From Planctomycetota bacterium (GTDB lineage: Bacteria > Planctomycetota > PLA2 > JAEUHO01): 64,000 nucleotides of DNA. The position numbers were made by a program, and so were the translations under genes. The stretch is taken from positions 160,001 to 224,000 of the forward strand of contig JBFWRP010000001.1 of NCBI GenBank assembly GCA_050248855.1. Direction: 5' to 3'. This document shows, in pieces, positions 61,392 to 64,000 of this stretch (within the stretch, counting starts at the first letter, position 1; the number at the start of each line of letters is the position of its first letter). Under the pieces are notes generated by a model. It worked only from the letters and a program-made list of their open reading frames with translations. It was not told where the DNA came from and searched no databases.

Positions 61392-64000
61392 GTGCCGCGC
61401 CTCCTTGCCCCCTGCCTGGTCGTGCTGGTGACCCTCGTAGGAGCGCTTGGTCGAGGTGCGCACGGTGAGGACGGCGAGGTCGTGACCGCCCACCTGGCGC
61501 TCGAGCCCGACCTCCTGGCCAGCACGGGCGCGGGTCGCATCCCCTTCCGCACGGAGGCGATTCCCGGGGTCGAGATGCCCGGGGAGGCCCCCGCCGACGC
61601 GCTGATCTCGAAGATCCGCATGGCGTCGTCCAGAGGGCTGCTCGTGGCGATGGCGGTCGATCCCGACAGCCCGCGCCTCTGGGTCGACCGCGACATGGAC
61701 GGGAGCCTCGCCGACGAACGTCCGCTCTGGCCCCGTCCGCCGTCCCCGGGTGCGACGGCGAGCGTCCTCGTCGAGATCCTGGCACCGTACGAGGGCGAGG
61801 CCGATCCACAGCCCGTGGGCTTGCGTTTGACGTGGCTGCCGCAGAACGCCCCCGAGCACGTGACCTGCCAAGCGCAGGTGCATCGCCGGGGAACGGTCGT
61901 GTTGGGCGGTCGCCTGCGCCCCGTGGCCATCTCGGACGGCTCCTTCGACGCGGCGTTCGACGACAAGCGTGACCAGCTCTGGCTGGACATCGACGGCGAT
62001 GGACAGATCCGGACCACCGGCACCGATCCCGAGCACATCCCGCGCGACGAGCCGTTCCGGATCGCGGACGAGGGATGGATCGCCACGGTGCCCGGCCGTA
62101 GCGGACGTGCGATCGAGTTCCGCCGCAGCGCCACCGTGCCGCCCGCGCCGGCATCCACGTGGTCGAACGTGTCGTTCGCCAAGGCGGGTCAGGCCCCAGC
62201 AGCTCCCACCGAGGCGTTCGCGGACGTGAAGAAGCGCCTCGACGACGAGCGCTCCCAGCCCTACGCCCAGCGCTACGCGACCATCAACGTGCTGGGCCGA
62301 TTCGGCACGGAGGAGGCCGCGGACCTGCTCTGGTCGCTCGTGCAGAAGGACAAGGACGAGGCGGTGCGCGGCGCCGCGCTCCGTGCGCTGTCCCACCCGG
62401 CGTACCTGGAGGGCTACGGCAAGCACGTCCTGGGCCTTGCGAAGAAGGGCAAGGGCACGATCGGTGCGGCCGCGCTCCAGTCGCTGTACGGCATGGGCCA
62501 CCCCGAGCGCCGCAAGCTCTACCTCGCGGCGCTCGAGGACGCGGACGCGTCGATGGTCTCGACCGCGGCGCGCCACCTGGCCTACGAGCCCGACGACACG
62601 CTGCCCGGGTTGTTCGCCAAGGCCATCGACAAGGCGCCGACCCCCGCCTTGGCCTACCAGGTGTACAGCGGAGGCATCCGCAACCTCGCGACGCCCCCCG
62701 CCATCGCCGATCTGCTGCGCTGGAGCGAGATCGAGTACCCGCTGCTCCAGGGCCAGATCCTCGAGGACCTGGGCAAGCTCCAGTCGGAGGACGCCATCGG
62801 GGTCGCCCATCGGCTGGCGAAGCGCCCCGTCGCGTCCACCCAGGCCGCCGAGGCCCTCGTCCGGGCGCTCGGTCGCCGCAGCGACGGCGCCTCGGTGGAG
62901 GCGCTGATCGAGCTGTTCCAGCAGGGCGGCACCACGCCCGCCGTCACGTCGCAGGTTCGCACGACCGTCTTGGAGGAGCTCAGGCGCCTGCGCGGGCCTG
63001 CGGCCAAGAGGGCCTTGTTGGCAGCGCTCGACGCCAAGCTCGCCGATGCGCGGCTGGCGGCGGCCTCGGTGCTCGGCGGGTTCCTCGACCCCGACGTGAC
63101 CGATGCGCTGCTCGTCCGCGCCAAGAAGGAGAAGGACGAGGCCGCCTTGTCCGCCGTGCTCGTCGCCCTCGGGGATCACGGGGATCCGCGGGCCGTACCC
63201 CTGTTGCTCGCGCGCGCGAAGGCCCGCAAGGGCGATGATGTCCGCAGCGCCGCGGTGCGGGCGCTCGGCCGCCTGGGCTTCCACGTCGAGAACGTGCGGC
63301 CGTTCCTGGTGAAGCTGCTCGACGCCAAGGACGACCAAGACCGGATCGTGGCGCTCGACGCGGCGGCGTTCGCCAAGGACGACTCCTTGTTCGATGCGAT
63401 CGTCCCCAGCTTGGGCCACGACGCGTGGGCCGTGCGCCTCGCGGCCATCGATGCCCTGGCCGCCCCGCGCGTGGTTGCAGCCATCGAGCCGTTGATTGCG
63501 CGCTTGGACGTCGAGGAGACGCCGCGCGTCCGGGACGCGTTGGCCTCCGCGCTCTTCGACTTGACGGGGCAGTCTTTCTACGACGACGCCGCGGTCTGGC
63601 GGCGTTGGTGGGAAGGTGCGCGCGAGGGCTTCCAGGTGCCCGCCGAGCGGCCCCAGCCCCCGGACGAGCATGTCGGCGGTACCCAAGCCGGCTTCTTCGG
63701 GCTGCCCATCAAGAGCGAGCGCGTCGTCTTCGTGGTGGACCAGTCCGGCTCGATGAGCGCCGAGATGGGCGAGCCTGATGACGACGGCAAGCGCAAGAAT
63801 CGCCTCGACATGGCCATCGCGGAGGTACTGCAGGCCACGGCCCGCATGGCGCCGCGCGGGCACGTCAACGTGATCCTCTTCGACACCACGATCCGCCCGT
63901 GGGAGGACGATCTGCAGCGACTCGACAAGAAGAACGCCAACGCCCTACGCGCCCATCTCGAGAAGCAACGGCCCATGGGTGGAACCAACATCTACGACGC
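61392..64000 (+). CDS. Secreted HEAT-repeat + C-terminal VWA protein; 3' end runs off the window
   Basis: Absent from the ORF track (no stop). Read manually from GTG 61392: signal peptide, HEAT repeats, WRRWW, FFGLPIKSERVVFVVDQSGSM (MIDAS, from 63693), GGTNIYD. Confidence 0.8.
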   Translation, partial: MPRLLAPCLVVLVTLVGALGRGAHGEDGEVVTAHLALEPDLLASTGAGRIPFRTEAIPGVEMPGEAPADALISKIRMASSRGLLVAMAVDPDSPRLWVDRDMDGSLADERPLWPRPPSPGATASVLVEILAPYEGEADPQPVGLRLTWLPQNAPEHVTCQAQVHRRGTVVLGGRLRPVAISDGSFDAAFDDKRDQLWLDIDGDGQIRTTGTDPEHIPRDEPFRIADEGWIATVPGRSGRAIEFRRSATVPPAPASTWSNVSFAKAGQAPAAPTEAFADVKKRLDDERSQPYAQRYATINVLGRFGTEEAADLLWSLVQKDKDEAVRGAALRALSHPAYLEGYGKHVLGLAKKGKGTIGAAALQSLYGMGHPERRKLYLAALEDADASMVSTAARHLAYEPDDTLPGLFAKAIDKAPTPALAYQVYSGGIRNLATPPAIADLLRWSEIEYPLLQGQILEDLGKLQSEDAIGVAHRLAKRPVASTQAAEALVRALGRRSDGASVEALIELFQQGGTTPAVTSQVRTTVLEELRRLRGPAAKRALLAALDAKLADARLAAASVLGGFLDPDVTDALLVRAKKEKDEAALSAVLVALGDHGDPRAVPLLLARAKARKGDDVRSAAVRALGRLGFHVENVRPFLVKLLDAKDDQDRIVALDAAAFAKDDSLFDAIVPSLGHDAWAVRLAAIDALAAPRVVAAIEPLIARLDVEETPRVRDALASALFDLTGQSFYDDAAVWRRWWEGAREGFQVPAERPQPPDEHVGGTQAGFFGLPIKSERVVFVVDQSGSMSAEMGEPDDDGKRKNRLDMAIAEVLQATARMAPRGHVNVILFDTTIRPWEDDLQRLDKKNANALRAHLEKQRPMGGTNIYD

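Overview
Very GC-rich (visually ~70%+, not computed), gene-dense bacterial chromosome segment with about 45 protein genes. It looks like an uncultured Planctomycetota-type genome (inference from the many secreted TPR/HEAT, prenyltransferase-repeat, DUF11, DUF4388, VWA and MoxR-Bat proteins). Housekeeping genes are an aroA-[2x TPR/HEAT]-cmk-rpsA-lipoprotein-tyrS-lgt-[hydrolase-like]-glyA run and purC. The window also holds boxC-boxB (CoA-dependent aerobic benzoate degradation, no boxA in the window), an ECF sigma/anti-sigma pair, a sixA-POP-yyaL-DUF971-DUF2238 operon, an OYE flavoprotein, a second S1 protein and a MoxR-DUF58-BatABCD-like operon. I found no rRNA, tRNA, CRISPR array or transposase. 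The most unusual items are: a ~430-nt intergenic run of back-to-back hairpins (candidate ncRNA); a protein that appears to carry two tandem degenerate secretin units, next to the ECF pair; an SD-occluding hairpin and a Cys/His thioredoxin-TPR protein heading the MoxR operon; an archaeal-type SHMT; a solute-binding-protein/metzincin fusion; two apparent pseudo-enzymes; and two unrelated '2 direct + 1 inverted' REP-like repeat clusters. All family calls come from motif recognition by eye, not database searches.
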